Source: Octopus vulgaris (taxonomy: Eukaryota). Taken from it: a stretch of 64,000 nt of DNA. This document shows positions 13,097 to 26,390 of this stretch, piece after piece. The stretch covers positions 68,944,001 through 69,008,000 of the forward strand of contig OX597832.1 in NCBI GenBank assembly GCA_951406725.2, in the 5' to 3' direction. Under the pieces are notes generated by a model. The model saw nothing but the letters and a program-made list of their open reading frames with translations, was not told the origin of the DNA and did not search any database. The translations under genes and the position numbers were made by a program. Position 1 is the stretch's first letter; the number at the start of each line of letters is the position of its first letter.

Positions 13097-13882
13097 ATAT
13101 ACAAATATATATTTGAAGGCAAATAGGGACACAAAAATATCTCGAAATACTGAAGAGTAAATTTATTCAATAAAATCATCCTTGGTTTCAACCATGACCA
13201 CCAGATAACTAATATCTCCTGCAACTCTTCTGGATGGTCTCCTACTTTAAGTTGGTGAATGCTGCCATAATCCTTGCCTTCACTTACAAGGTGTTTTGTT
13301 GATTTCTCACACAACTATACCCAACACATAATAATCAAGGGGGTTGCAGTCTGTGGAGTTAGATAGCCAGATGCTAGGGGTGATATGGTCGCAAAAATTG
13401 TCTGACAGCCATGACTGGGTTCTTCTGCTTTTGTGGCATTATGCAGAATCCTGTTGCTAGATATAGGGTCTTCCAGCACCCACCCTCTTGACCCAGGACC
13501 TCCTCCAGGCACTTGATGTAGGCCTCTGTATTGAGTCTGAGGCCATGTGAGAAGATAAATGAAGGCATAACGTCACCATCACTAGTGATCATTCTAAACA
13601 CCTTGATGTTTGATTTTTATCACTCTTGGTACATGTCCTCAGATTGACACCCAAACACCCTGAAATATTAGTATTGGAGCTTCTGGTGCAAATATCAAGC
13701 AGTACAGCATGTTGTTTCCAAATTTCTGGCAGAGTGAATTGCATCATGGTGCTATTTTTCTCACAGACGGTGCCCAACTGACTCTACTATGCAGTGTAGT
13801 TGACAAAATCAAAAACAAATAATGCATGTTAATGAAATTAAACATATAAAATGGCAACAATTTACCCATCACACCCTGTATA
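13097..13882 (-). mobile_element. Internally deleted Tc1/mariner element of DD37D (maT) type, transposase pseudogene
   Basis: Minus strand gives MITSDGDVMPSFIFSHGLRLNTEAYIKCLEEV and QQDSA*CHKSRRTQSWLSDNFCDHITPSIWLSNSTDCNPLDYYV, with 37 residues between the second and third D. TIR-like end TA|CAGGGTGTGATGGGTAAATTG at about 13880. Confidence 0.85.
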
Positions 13883-13919
13883 TCATTAGTGATAATGCAT
13901 GTTCACTCTTTATGTTTTT

Positions 13920-13982
<63 letters not shown>

Positions 13983-16079
13983 TATATATATATATGCATG
14001 ATTAGAACAACATGTCTTATAATATACAACAGGCTTGCACACAGTCTTCACCTGCCAAATTCCTTACACAGATTTGGCCAGTATCTGTGCATAGTAGAAG
14101 ACATAGTAGAAGACACTGCCCAAGGAGCAGTGGGACTGAATCCCAGACCATTTGGTTGCAAAGCAATCTTAACCACAAAGCCCTTCCTACTTGAACTATT
14201 AGAACCAGATGCAATGTCTGATACAGTCCCAACAATGTATTCCAGGCTGTTGTTTTATTATTTTTTTTTTTTTGTCTTTTTGTTTGTTAGAATATCCATG
14301 GTTGATTAGTGTTTGTTTCATTTTAGTCCTAAGTTTTCCTTATCAAGTGATTCCTTTTTGAAGGTATTCTAATCTTCCATGCAATGATTCTACAACTGAC
14401 ATTTTGTATATGTGTGGACATACATTATCTCTCTATATATGTATTTGCATTCATCTGGGTCTTTCCTGTGAGCAGACATGAAGTACACGATTCCTGCCTA
14501 TTCTGAATATATGGTTATTAAAACCAGAGTGGTCGTATTGCAAAGAATATTTCTATTCTCATTAGAACTTGAGATTCAGTAATGTTTACTGGTGAATTCA
14601 TTTAAATGAGTGTATCATATACATACTTGGTAAATATATAATGCCTTAAAAATGCTTTTTGCTAGAAATAACTATAGTTTAATACCTCCTTCAAGTAAGG
14701 GGGTACCAAATGTTTGTGGTAAACCATTCCTACAAAAATAAAGTAATAATCCTTTTGTTACCATTTTTATGTGAGTCTTTCAATTATTTTCAAAAAGGAA
14801 TTGTCATTCTTATGTTGGTGACATAAGTATGGGCTTCAGCACTGTAACAGCACATCACTGCTGCCACACTTTGTTGGTGATTCCCTACTGTTCCTGGTAA
14901 ATGAAACCTTTGCCTCACTAAGGTGACAACCCTCCATGGGTATGTTTGGGTAGACATTGCTGGTGAGGCTTTCATGAACCTCTTTTAGTTACCTTTTCGC
15001 ATGACACAAAGGAAATGGGTCTATTCTTTGACAAGCTGGTCACCACACAGCAAATTATGTTGAAGAATGGAACAAACTTCTATGAAATTTTGATGGATGG
15101 TTTTTACGTCACATTAAAACCGTGAATTTGAATCATTAGGCCTAGGGTAGTCACAGGTAGGTTGGTGTCAAAAGGGTTGATGTTTGATCCAATAGTCATA
15201 GTACCACTTGATGCCAAAATAATTGCAGAAAACCAGAACTGATGAGCTGCTATTGATCTGTTAATTAGTGTATTTGTTTATAGATGGCTTGCATCTACCA
15301 ATATTACAAAAGAAACGGAGTCTTAAAATTGTGTCTTCCTGTTGTTTGAGTACCACTAAAGGCTTTTAGAAATGGAAAATATAAAAAACAAATAAACAGT
15401 AACATAAAAACAAGCAATCTTAAAGAATAGTTTTTGCTCTTTATTACATAAAATTTTCACATAAGCATTTAAAGAAGGAATGATTCCATGGAAATATTTT
15501 AGTGTGAGAAAACTGTCAACAGTTTTAGAAACAGGTAAAATATGATTATAGCTGCAAGTCAAGAAATATAGAAATTAGATAAGTAAAGGAAAAGAAAAAA
15601 ATGCAAGAATATACATCCCTACCAAAAGGCAAAAAAAAAATCTCAAGAGTATATAACACCTGTAAGATATTATTCCAAAAGATCTGATTATCTGATGGGG
15701 AAATCACCAAGAGAATTGGAGAATAGGGAAAATATTGATATTCCAATGTGATGGTTAAGTATTTCACTTTGGTTAAGCATGGAGTGCTTCTCCATGCTGA
15801 ACAAACACAATGTATGCTCAATATGGCATCACACGGGGAAATACCTTGACAAACAGCAATGATAATGATGTTGACAATGACAATCATGATGTTGGTGATG
15901 ATGATGATGATGATGCAGAACCATTATTCTGAAAGATAAGTAGTAAACTCATCCATAATTGATCAGCGAGTTTTCATTTTCAATTATTTCAGTAGATTTT
16001 TACATTAGTTTAATTCCAGTTATTGGGTTTAGTTTTTATTGCTAACATACTCCACACACACACACATACACTTGCACAC

Positions 16080-16128
<49 letters not shown>

Positions 16129-16599
16129 CACAAACATGCAAGCACACACTAACACACATAATACACACTTTCACACACACATACACACTCACATGCACAC
16201 ACACACTTACACATGCACATACATATGCAAACATACAATTCTGCACCATATTCACATACTATTAAAACACACATGCATGCATATATAAACATACAAGAGA
16301 GATGCATTTAAGCACACACACACACACACCCTAACCCTAATCCTAACACAAACATTCAAGCACACATTAACACACATACATACACAATCGTACACTAACA
16401 CAAACATACACACTTTCACACACACATACACACTCACATGCACACACACACTTACACACACATACATATGCAAACATACCATTCTGCGCCATATTCACAC
16501 ACTATTAAAACACACATGCATGCATATATAAGCATACTAGCTGAAGGTGACCCGCTCTACGCGCGGGTAAGAGTGTGGTTGTTACTTTCTGTTGCTTCC

Positions 16600-16914
16600 T
16601 TTCAGCACGTAAAAAGCACCATCCGAACGTGGCCGATTGCAGCGCCGCCTTGACTTGCTTCTGTGCTGGTGGCACGTAAAAAGCACCAACCGATCGTTGC
16701 CGCAGCGATCTCCCCTGGCACCTGTGCCGGTGGCACGAAAAAAGCACCCACTACACTCACAGAGTGGTTGGAGTTAGGAAGGTCATCCACCTTTAGAAAC
16801 ACTGCCAGATCAGACTGGAGCCTGGAACAGCCTCCTGGCTTCCCAGACCCCGGTCACACTGTCCAACCCATGCTAGCACGGAAAACGGACGTTAAACGAT
16901 GATGATGATGATGA
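16600..16914 (+). mobile_element. RTE-tail SINE / 3' UTR copy nested in the Helitron
   Basis: Repeated GCACGTAAAAAGCACC units, GAGTGGTTGGAGTTAGGAAGGTCATCC, and end CATGCTAGCACGGAAAACGGACGTTAAAC(GAT)n. CpGs are retained, suggesting a young copy. Confidence 0.75.
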
Positions 16915-18293
16915 TTCTCCGTCTTTGTTTCTCTCTCCTTTCTCTCTCACTTTCCCACTCTCTTACTTTTCTTTTCTCTCGGACTCTCCCTCGCTTTCCC
17001 TTACTCTCTATCTTTATCTATCTCTCTCCCATTTATAAACAACAGAAGATCTTGAGTAAGTTGAGAAATAAAATATTTAGAAAGATCAATCATAAATATC
17101 AGGCAGTGGCAACGGAAAGGTCTGCTTCAAGGCAGACAGCAAAACGCTAACATTTAAAAGGGACACACGAACTTGCGAGCTGAATAAAAATAATAAAATA
17201 TTGGAAACTAAAGTTTGAAGGGATAGAATGTGAGGATAGTAGAGTCACCATGGCTGGCATTTCTTAACGACGGACAGCAACGCATTGACAGTTTAACGGC
17301 TGGCGTAAAATTTTGAACTTGATGTAAAAGAAAATTCGTAAACACCAATTTTTGAAGTGATTCTTTCTCACGACAGTAGACTCACCATGGCAAGCATTCA
17401 AAACTTCTTTATCATGGATGGCAACACATTGACGATTAAAAGGCTGGTGCAAATTTTTTAGCTTGATGTAACAGAATTCCTAAACACCCGCTCCTTGAAA
17501 TTTTAATCCCCTTCCAGCCCCATTTAGACCCCTTTTCATATTTTGGTTAATATAACCCGATTTCATTCGGGTCTACTGGGGCCACATTTTATAAGATGAG
17601 GAATTTTGTCCTAGAGGTGACGCCTTTCATTTGAGGAAAAAAATAGTTGTCATGCAAACTTGCCAGCACTTTTAACATAGGTGTGCATATCTTCAGCTGA
17701 ATCGACCGACTACGTAATGCACACATTAACTATACATATATATATATGTATATATATGTGTGTGTATGTGTGTGTGTGCATGCATTATATATACAAATGT
17801 ATACAAATGAGATATATATCTGTATAAATTAAATTAGAGATAAAACTACTAATAGGCAAATCAAACAGTGAAAAACCAAAAACAAAAACATTAAAAAAAA
17901 TATAATATTGAAAATATATAAAATAGAAAATAGAAAAATTTAAATTATTTAAATTGAAAATAAAAATTATTAAATTATATTTATAATTTGTTTAAAAATA
18001 TATATAACTATGAAAAAGTATGAAAAAGTTTGATATACATAAATACAGATATATACACTTTGTATATATATATTATATATACATATTTATATATAGAACA
18101 CACACACACACACATACATTATATATACATATTTATATATAGAACACACACACACATACATTATATATACATATCTATATATAGAACACACACACACACA
18201 CATAAATGAACGCAAGAATATCTGATTCATAATATTTTTTCTAATGCTCGTGTGTTGTTGGTGACAGACAGATACTTAAAAGAACGCCGATGT

Positions 18294-18377
18294 GATGGGA
18301 AGGTACGAGACAGAGTGAGTGAAAAAGAGAGGATATTTCCTCTCTTTTTCACTCACTCTGTTTCCTACCTTCCCATC
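18294..18377. repeat. 40 bp-arm purine/pyrimidine hairpin inside the Helitron
   Basis: GATGGGAAGGTACGAGACAGAGTGAGTGAAAAAGAGAGGA-TATT-TCCTCTCTTTTTCACTCACTCTGTTTCCTACCTTCCCATC. Confidence 0.85.
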
Positions 18378-18994
18378 TTCCGAGAGTGAATTTATGAAGA
18401 CAGATACTTTAAATAACGGTAGTGGCTTTGTGAAAGTTGTACATGAAGAGGAGTGAGAGGGTAATGGAGGAAATAGCGTGAGTGAGGAAGATGGCCCCTA
18501 GCAACCACACCTTTTAAGCTAGGGATTTCTAAGGTAGCCAACGAGCATTGTCACCTCATTCGACATGTCCCTGTAAATTTCGGAGCGAATCGGATGGGAT
18601 GTAGTGGCATTGAAAGCGATCCAAGCGGTAAAAATGCATTTCAGTTTTATATATAGAGATGAGACAGATGCATTTAAACACACATACACACACACACACA
18701 TATGAACGTGCACAGATGCAAAATTTAAATACAAACAGAAATGGGTTTTGCAAGTTCATATTTTCCCATGCTTGTTCTGTTCATTTCTGCATCAAGTTTC
18801 TATTCCTGGAGGCCTTTGGAATCATTGAGACTCTTGATTATCTTTAATATATACATTGGTATGATTGTGTGGTTTTTGGCACAATCCAATCGTGTGTCAT
18901 CTTGGAAAAGCATTTAGTGCAGTAATCCCTAGTTCACCAATGCCTTTGCAGTGTATTTGGTAGAAAGAAAACGTGAAGATGCCTTTTGTGAACG

Positions 18995-19135
18995 AGTAGA
19001 CAGACAGACAGACGACTACTGATGAAGGGTCATTCTTGTATCATTTGATCTTTTTTTCTCTCATTATTTGTGTATTTAACTCATTTGTTTTTATATTTCA
19101 TGTTGTTTACTGCTGGTGATGTCCTGTACCCATAT
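18995..19135 (+). mobile_element. Fragment of a dispersed repeat; longer inverted copy at 33052-33430
   Basis: AACTCATTTGTTTTTATATTTCATGTTGTTTACTGCTGGTGATGTCCTGTACCCA is the reverse complement of 33054-33110. Both copies end in TA-rich microsatellite. Confidence 0.65.
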
Positions 19136-19137
19136 AT

Positions 19138-19180
<43 letters not shown>

Positions 19181-19203
19181 ATGATGGTGATGACATGTAT
19201 ATA

Positions 19204-19415
19204 CACAAGGAGGTGCTTAAAAGTTCCTTGTCTTAAGTGAATCATGAAAGGCTTGATTGGAGGCCCAGCCTTCCAAGTTCTTTTACAGGGCTTAGGAAAA
19301 CTGAAAGGGCCACTGCAATAAGTGTGTGAATCTGAGAGGGAAATATGTTGATTAAAATCATAATTAACTGATCCTCTTGTATTCTCTTTCACCCAAAGCC
19401 AGGAACTTTACACCA
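19204..19415 (+). mobile_element. Mariner-derived MITE
   Basis: Imperfect TIRs AGGAGGTGCTTAAAAGTTCCTTG and AAAGCCAGGAACTTTACACCAACCCCTCA|TA. Retains the mariner C-terminal codons LQGLGKLKG/HCNKCVNLRGKYVD*. Confidence 0.75.
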
Positions 19416-19422
19416 ACCCCTC

Positions 19423-19424
<2 letters not shown>

Positions 19425-19453
<29 letters not shown>

Positions 19454-19538
19454 TGTATGTATGTATGTATGTATGTATGTATGTATGTATGTATGTATGT
19501 ATGTATGTATGTATGTATGTATGTATGCATGTATGTAT
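19425..19538. repeat. (TATG)n microsatellite
   Basis: Near-pure tetranucleotide array. Confidence 0.95.
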
Positions 19539-21958
19539 AATTTAATGTTCCTTTAAGATAGGATCAACAAAAAAGCACTCCTTCTAGTGAGAGATAAATA
19601 TCATTTAATATTCACTGTATTTACTCTATTTCAAATAGAACCCACCATGTGCTCTGAGCCTGAGGATTGCTTGGAGACACAAAGCCCATTATATAAATCT
19701 GCCTAATCACAATGTCTCTTTACAAGAAATTATTAGTAGCTCCTATTTTAAATACTGTGTACGTTAAATAATATATTTCCACACATCTGACAAGATAAAT
19801 GCCTTTTCCCATACTTGCATGGCTGAGATGGAATTCAGTGTGGCAGGTTTTTAATGGTCAAATGCTCTTCCTGCCATCATCTCTTACCTGTTTCCAACTA
19901 ATATTTTCTCATGGTTAAGTGTGTTTTCTCACAAAAGACTGGAAGCGAATGACATTATTTCTATGACAGTGATGTCCATTCAAAATCATCACATGTTGTC
20001 AAGACAAGGACATACATATACATTCACACACACACACATTCACACACACATACATTCACACACACATATATTCACACACACATGCACACACATGCTACTT
20101 GCTTTGATCAGTTTCTGTCTATCAAATCCACTCAAAGCTTTAGTGGTCCCTGGGCTACAAAGGAAGTCAGGTGTCCATATGGTGATGGAGTAAGCCTGAG
20201 ATTGAACTTGAATATCTGGGAAACAAGCTTCTCAGTCACACAAACATGTCGGCCATGCTTAAAGGAATCACACATTTTGTAGTTTTATGAATGAATGATT
20301 TCTCACACACAAAGACAAAGAGAAAATAAAAGCAGCAGGAGTAAACTTTTGTTATAGATCTCGACAACATGGCCCTGAGGGGTATAAACCAACAACAGCA
20401 ACAACAGCCACAAGTGTGCATCAATGTGGATGCTTAAGATGCCAGGAATCACAATGAAATTCACATCTTATTGCATTGCGATGCTTTAAAGGAGAAACTC
20501 ATTGTATAATGTGATCAATGTTTTAATATATTTCTGGGGAAATGAATATCAGTGGAAGGTGTCATGGCTGGAAGGTCTTCAGTTCTTAATCATCTCGGTT
20601 ATGGTTGACATAGCAAGAACAACAACATGTGTCACAAATATCTCCTACTGATATATATAGATTAAATGCTGAAGTGGCACCCACCAGCAACAACAACTAT
20701 CAGAATATATTTATAATCTATATAGAAAAAATTAACCTGGAATGTGGGTCACATCCACAAGAAGAACAACAACTATATCTGTCACAAATATTCTATCTAT
20801 AATGATAAATTGAACTTTGAAGAAAAAATCTCAAGAATATTTATTTACTTCTCCAAGTTACTGTCTTCATAACATAAGAGTGTGTGTATGTTTTAGCAGT
20901 GCCTGTTCTCTGTATGTGTTTGTGTATGTTCACGCTTACGTGTATTTCTTTGCATCATTGTATGAAGAAATTGTCGGTGGATAGAAGGAAGAAAATCTCC
21001 TCTTATCCTAGAATTATTTTTATCCTATTACTCTTTCAGATATTATTACTCTGTCGTGACATTTTATTCCTGCAATCCACAATAACTGGCAGTCACTGTA
21101 ATTGATTTTGCCTCGAGGTCCATTGGCAATAAATGCAACATAACATTTTGACTCGGTCATTCTGCTGACATCACTATATAAAGATTCTAGTGAAAATTTC
21201 ATAAAACTGTTCGGCTGACTTCGGTAAAGAGAAGAGCTAATATCATCCTTATAGTCATTAATTATTTTTGCAAAATCTATGGAGATCTAAGAAAATGAAA
21301 AATAGTCATTTCTTGGAATCAACATTTGTAGAAATGTAGAGAAATCTGTGGCTCTATGTTTAGAAACTGTCAGCTGACCTGGAAGAAATAGCAGTCAAAC
21401 TGCACTCAAATTTCATACTACTATATTGAAAATATGGTAGTATGAAATCTAGATAGAAAGGGTGGCCATGGCTGGATAGCCTGCCTGATAAAAGCTAACC
21501 AATGGCTAAACAACAAAAATAATTTAGATGGTTACTGTGTATTGGCTTTCTTTTTGTAAACATATGCATTTGTTCATGTCTGCTAATTGTGCAAATGTGT
21601 TGTCTATATTTTCATGTGATGTGTGTGCATATAGACATTCATGCTCAATATACTTTCATGTTTTGACACAAGGACAACTGTTTTAGTTGGGTGAGCAAGT
21701 TGATTCTATGCATCCTGGTGTTTGACTGGTAGCTTACCTTAGTGGCCCTGGAGGATGAAAAGCAAACTGACCTCAACAGAATTTGAACAGAGAATGTAAA
21801 GAATCAGAAGAAATACCACTCGGTATTTTGCACATGATGGTGATGCCTATGATTCCACCAGCTTACCACCTGATTAACAATATGATCATACATATATACG
21901 CATATATATATTAAACTATAATAAACACAACCTTACAATATACACATATTTATCTATA

Positions 21959-22007
<49 letters not shown>

Positions 22008-23857
22008 CTTTCCTTCTCTCTCTCTCTCTATTTATATATATATATATATGTATGTATGTGTATATGTGTGTATGTATGTGTGTATATAAATTACTGGAGT
22101 AGATGCAATTGACAGACATCATTAAAATCTCTTTGTCTTGTAAAATAAGAATATGTACCATGAAGTACATTTTTTTGAAAGTCAATGCAATGACAGAACA
22201 GAATTCTTAGACTCTTAGACACTTCCAAATAGGTATCTCATAACAATGTCTTCAAGTAGTAAATTTACATCTTCCCATCCTTGGCCAATGTCCCAGCCTT
22301 AGGATATCTCTTGGTTTTTTTTTTAGTCACCTATTTCATATAGTATTCTCTCAATGACTCGTTATTGTTGTCACCATCATTTCATGTCTATCTTCCTTGC
22401 TGGCTTGGATGGTTTGACAGGGTCTGATGAACACATCACAGCTCTGATGTCTGTTTGGCATGGTTTTTATGGCTGTATGACCTTCCTATTAACAACCACT
22501 TTACTTAAGTATACTGGGTACTTTTTCCATGGCACTGACAATAACGAGGCCACCAAGCAACTCAGAGGGCCATGGAGGTGGCTTTATGCCTGGTGTTGAA
22601 ATATTAAAGTGTGACAGAGCACGAGGAACAAGCATCTCACTTGTACTTTGTCTTCAAATGCTACCAAAGCCCCTTCATCTCATTCTATCTATTCTTCTTT
22701 CTTCTGTTCTTCAGTCACATTTTCTGATCGTTTTGTTGCTCTTTGTCTAAGAACCACATTTGTCTTACTATTTTTTTTGGGGGGGTGGGGTCCTCAATCT
22801 CATTACTAACTATTGCTGTTCTTCATGTTCCTGGCTTAATATCTTCTGTTATTATAGTATTTCAAGAGGGTCGTTAAAAATACACACATTGGTTATGTTT
22901 CAATTCAGTTGTATTACTAATCAATAAGATAATTAATTAATTAGCCTGTCAAAGTCCTTCACCAATGTTTTCTTCTTAAGCACCTCTTTCTTTTCAACGC
23001 ATTGTATATTTGCTGTTCATCTCACTGATTTTGTGATCTATTCCATTTCGTTTTGCAGACTAGTCTACTTGTCTGATGTTCTGTAGTCTACTTGTGCTTT
23101 GAATCTATACTTTCTTCATTTACATCTTCCAACCTTCGCATGAGTCTCTCTTCATCTTAAAGCCATCTCTTCTGAGTACCATAAGCATTTCTTGAAATTA
23201 TCTGAGCCAATGTCTTTGAGCATCAGGGAATATGTCATTCTATTGTGTCTACAATTTGACTTGATTTATAGAACCTCATAAATTCTACCTTTGCAGTACA
23301 TCATCCTTCCTACTCCACCAAACTCCATTCCTTCTCCATTCCATGTCTGTAAACAAGTTTATATATTTTATCCTTTTTAAGCATTTCATTTTTATTAATT
23401 TTCTTATCTTTTTTTGTCTTTTTAACATTTTGCTATGATTTCTCCTTATAATCCATTAATCCTGAGCTTTGCTTCATCAGATCTCTTGCTGTCAAAAATG
23501 ACAAAAATACTTTGTAATTTTTCACTTCCAAAATAAATGTTTTGATGTGCCATATTTTCTGGAAATTAACAAACAGTAAAGAAGAATTCTTGCTTTTTGT
23601 GTGTATCTCACATGCCCTTTGCTCTAAATAAAATGGATTTGTTCTTATAATTATCAGATGTATATGTGTATTGATATGTGTGTGTGTGTGCGTGGGTTTA
23701 TATATGTATGCATGTGTGTATGTATGTATGTATGTATGTATGTATGTATGTATGTATGTATGTATGTATGTATGTATATATATATATATATGTAACACAC
23801 ACAAATACATATACACGCATATGACTGTGTGTGTGTGTTTATGTACGTATGTATGTA

Positions 23858-23888
<31 letters not shown>

Positions 23889-24446
23889 GTAACACACACA
23901 CAGAGATGCATACACACACAAAACATATACTTGCATATGACTGTGTGTGTGTGTATGACTGTACTGAGACGGGTATTACTTGCATTTTACTCAGAACTTT
24001 GCCAATGTTGTGTTCAGTGGTCACATGATGAATGACACACTCAAAATCTCTGAGTAAGCGCAGTTGTAACCTCAACACCAAAATAAATATACATTCTGAT
24101 TCTTAGCTAGGAATATTTTCCTCTTTTCTCCATAAAATCAAATGTTATATATTAATAGAAAATAGAAAATAAGAAAATAAGAATGAAACAGAAAAAGTTA
24201 AAAGTTCATGATGAAATTCTACAAAGTAGAAACGAAGAACCATATTCCTGTATGAAAGTGGATTTGCTATAATAAAATTCCAGTATAGAAAGCGAACGCT
24301 TCACAAATTCCATAACCAATGGAATATGTGGAGAAAGTTTAGAGACTGTTGTGAAATGGAATAATATGTGACATTTTATCTGACTAAGCAATTTCCTGGT
24401 TTTTACAAGTCTGACAGTGCCACATGAAAGAAAATCCATACATACA

Positions 24447-24535
<89 letters not shown>

Positions 24536-25724
24536 TTAAATACATGTTTGTATATATATATATATATGTATATATTGATAGATACACACACACATATATA
24601 TGAATCTATGTGTATGTGAATAAGTATATATGCATATAGGCATATATATATATGTGTGTGTGTATGTATAATATGTGTATGCGAAGGCACACAACGTCTT
24701 TTAGTACATTCTTATACCAAGGACCAAAACGAAATAAATTCCGAAAGAAAAGCGAAAAAAAAAAAGAGCAAATGAAAAGCAGTTTTATTCTGAAAATGAA
24801 TATATTTTTAAAAACTTTATTTTTCTATTTCTGAAAGACTGTAATGAATTACTGACATGCTTAGTGGAAGCGAACAGCAGGGGCTGCCTCTGCACATGCA
24901 TACACATGCAACTAGCTTTGAGAATACACATGCAAACCATTTTCACACACAACCATTTAAAAATCTCTGTATCCACAAGCAAAGTCTTATATAAATTTAC
25001 ACTCTTACACTTGCACACACATGCAACTGCACATGCATTCATTCTTATGCACATACACACACACACACAGTCATACATAAAGGTATGTATGGTAGTTCTT
25101 AACATAAACATATTTCTAAGAAAAGAGTTAATATTTGGAATAGATGAGATTGTGAGAATTCCTTGTTAACCTTTGATCGACGGTACCAAATCTTTAGAGA
25201 ATCTGTAGAGATTATTGTCTTAGATGATACCCAGTCTTTTACAGCTCTATGGCACCACTGTAAGCTGAAGTAAGGACACCGTGTGTGTGTGTGTGCATGT
25301 GTAAGAGTCAAAATCTGTGCATGTGAATGGATTTTATTTCATATCTATAGTCAAATGAAAGTATGTGGCCCAGTGCTTGGGGCGTTGCACTCATGATTGC
25401 CATGGGTTCAAATACTGGAGTGGGCCGCATACTGTGTTCCTTAGCAAAAATCACTTCATTTTCCATTGCACTGGTGCCGTGTGGAAACTGGCATGTCAAA
25501 GAATACACCCAGCATTTCCTCAGCATGCTATAAAAGTTGACTGAAAGAGGTTGGGGTAAGACTTGCACTCTGACCTTGTAAGACCCCTCTCCAGCAATGA
25601 CCACCCAAACAGAGCCATGAGTTGGAGGGTTGTTGCCTGAGTGATGCAAAGGTGTTATGCGCTAAGAGAAGAATCACCAAGAAATGGTGCATGCAGCAAC
25701 ACACTGTTACAGCACATTACCCCA

Positions 25725-25757
<33 letters not shown>

Positions 25758-25816
25758 GTCTACTTCTGCTGCTGCTGCTGTTGCTGCTGCTGCTACTACT
25801 GCAACTACTGCTACTA
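25725..25816. repeat. Compound (TAC)n/(TGC)n microsatellite
   Basis: Directly visible; explains the poly-L, poly-Y and poly-C ORFs. Confidence 0.9.
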
Positions 25817-26359
25817 TATAATCATGTAAGAATTTTTGCTTCATGACAGTTTAAAAAGAATCTCCAAGTAACAGGGTCACTAAATAAACACTCAAGCCTT
25901 TTTGTAATGAATAAACACAATTATAAAAATGTTTAAAATAATGGACCTTTATTCTAGTTCTTCACATTTGATTTCAAATCCTACTGAGATCAGTTTTGAT
26001 TTTTGTCCTTCATGGGCTATAATCATCATTGTAGGTTTAAGGTCCACTTTTTTGTGTTTGCAAGGGTTTGACAAAATTTCCTGGAGAAAAATTTTCTATG
26101 ATTGGATGCCCTTCCTATTGCTAACCCTTACTTGTTTCTCAGCAATAGAATATTTCCCTGGAACCAGAAATGTTTTTTTTTACAGAAAACTGGAAATGAA
26201 CGACACTCCTAGCTTGCACGAAGATAATGGTCATTTACAGCCACCATATTATATCCAGATATGGGTACACACACACACACACTCACATGTACATCTATAT
26301 AAGTAGATAGACGTTTCTGTGTGTATATAAATGTGTGTGTATGTACACACACACATATG

Positions 26360-26390
<31 letters not shown>

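Larger units (their letters stand above)
16537..18659 (-). mobile_element. Non-autonomous Helitron, about 2.1 kb, with nested insertions
   Basis: Minus strand starts A|TCTCTATATATAAAA (18659). It ends in a GC hairpin ACCCGCGCGTAGAGCGGGT, then 9 nt, then CTAG|T (16537). Inserted between A and T with no TSD. The joined flanks match a neighbouring duplicate at 16261-16320. Confidence 0.8.

Noticed and set aside
16328-16348. CCCTAA telomeric repeats
   Set aside because: Only about three imperfect units within (CA)-rich sequence.
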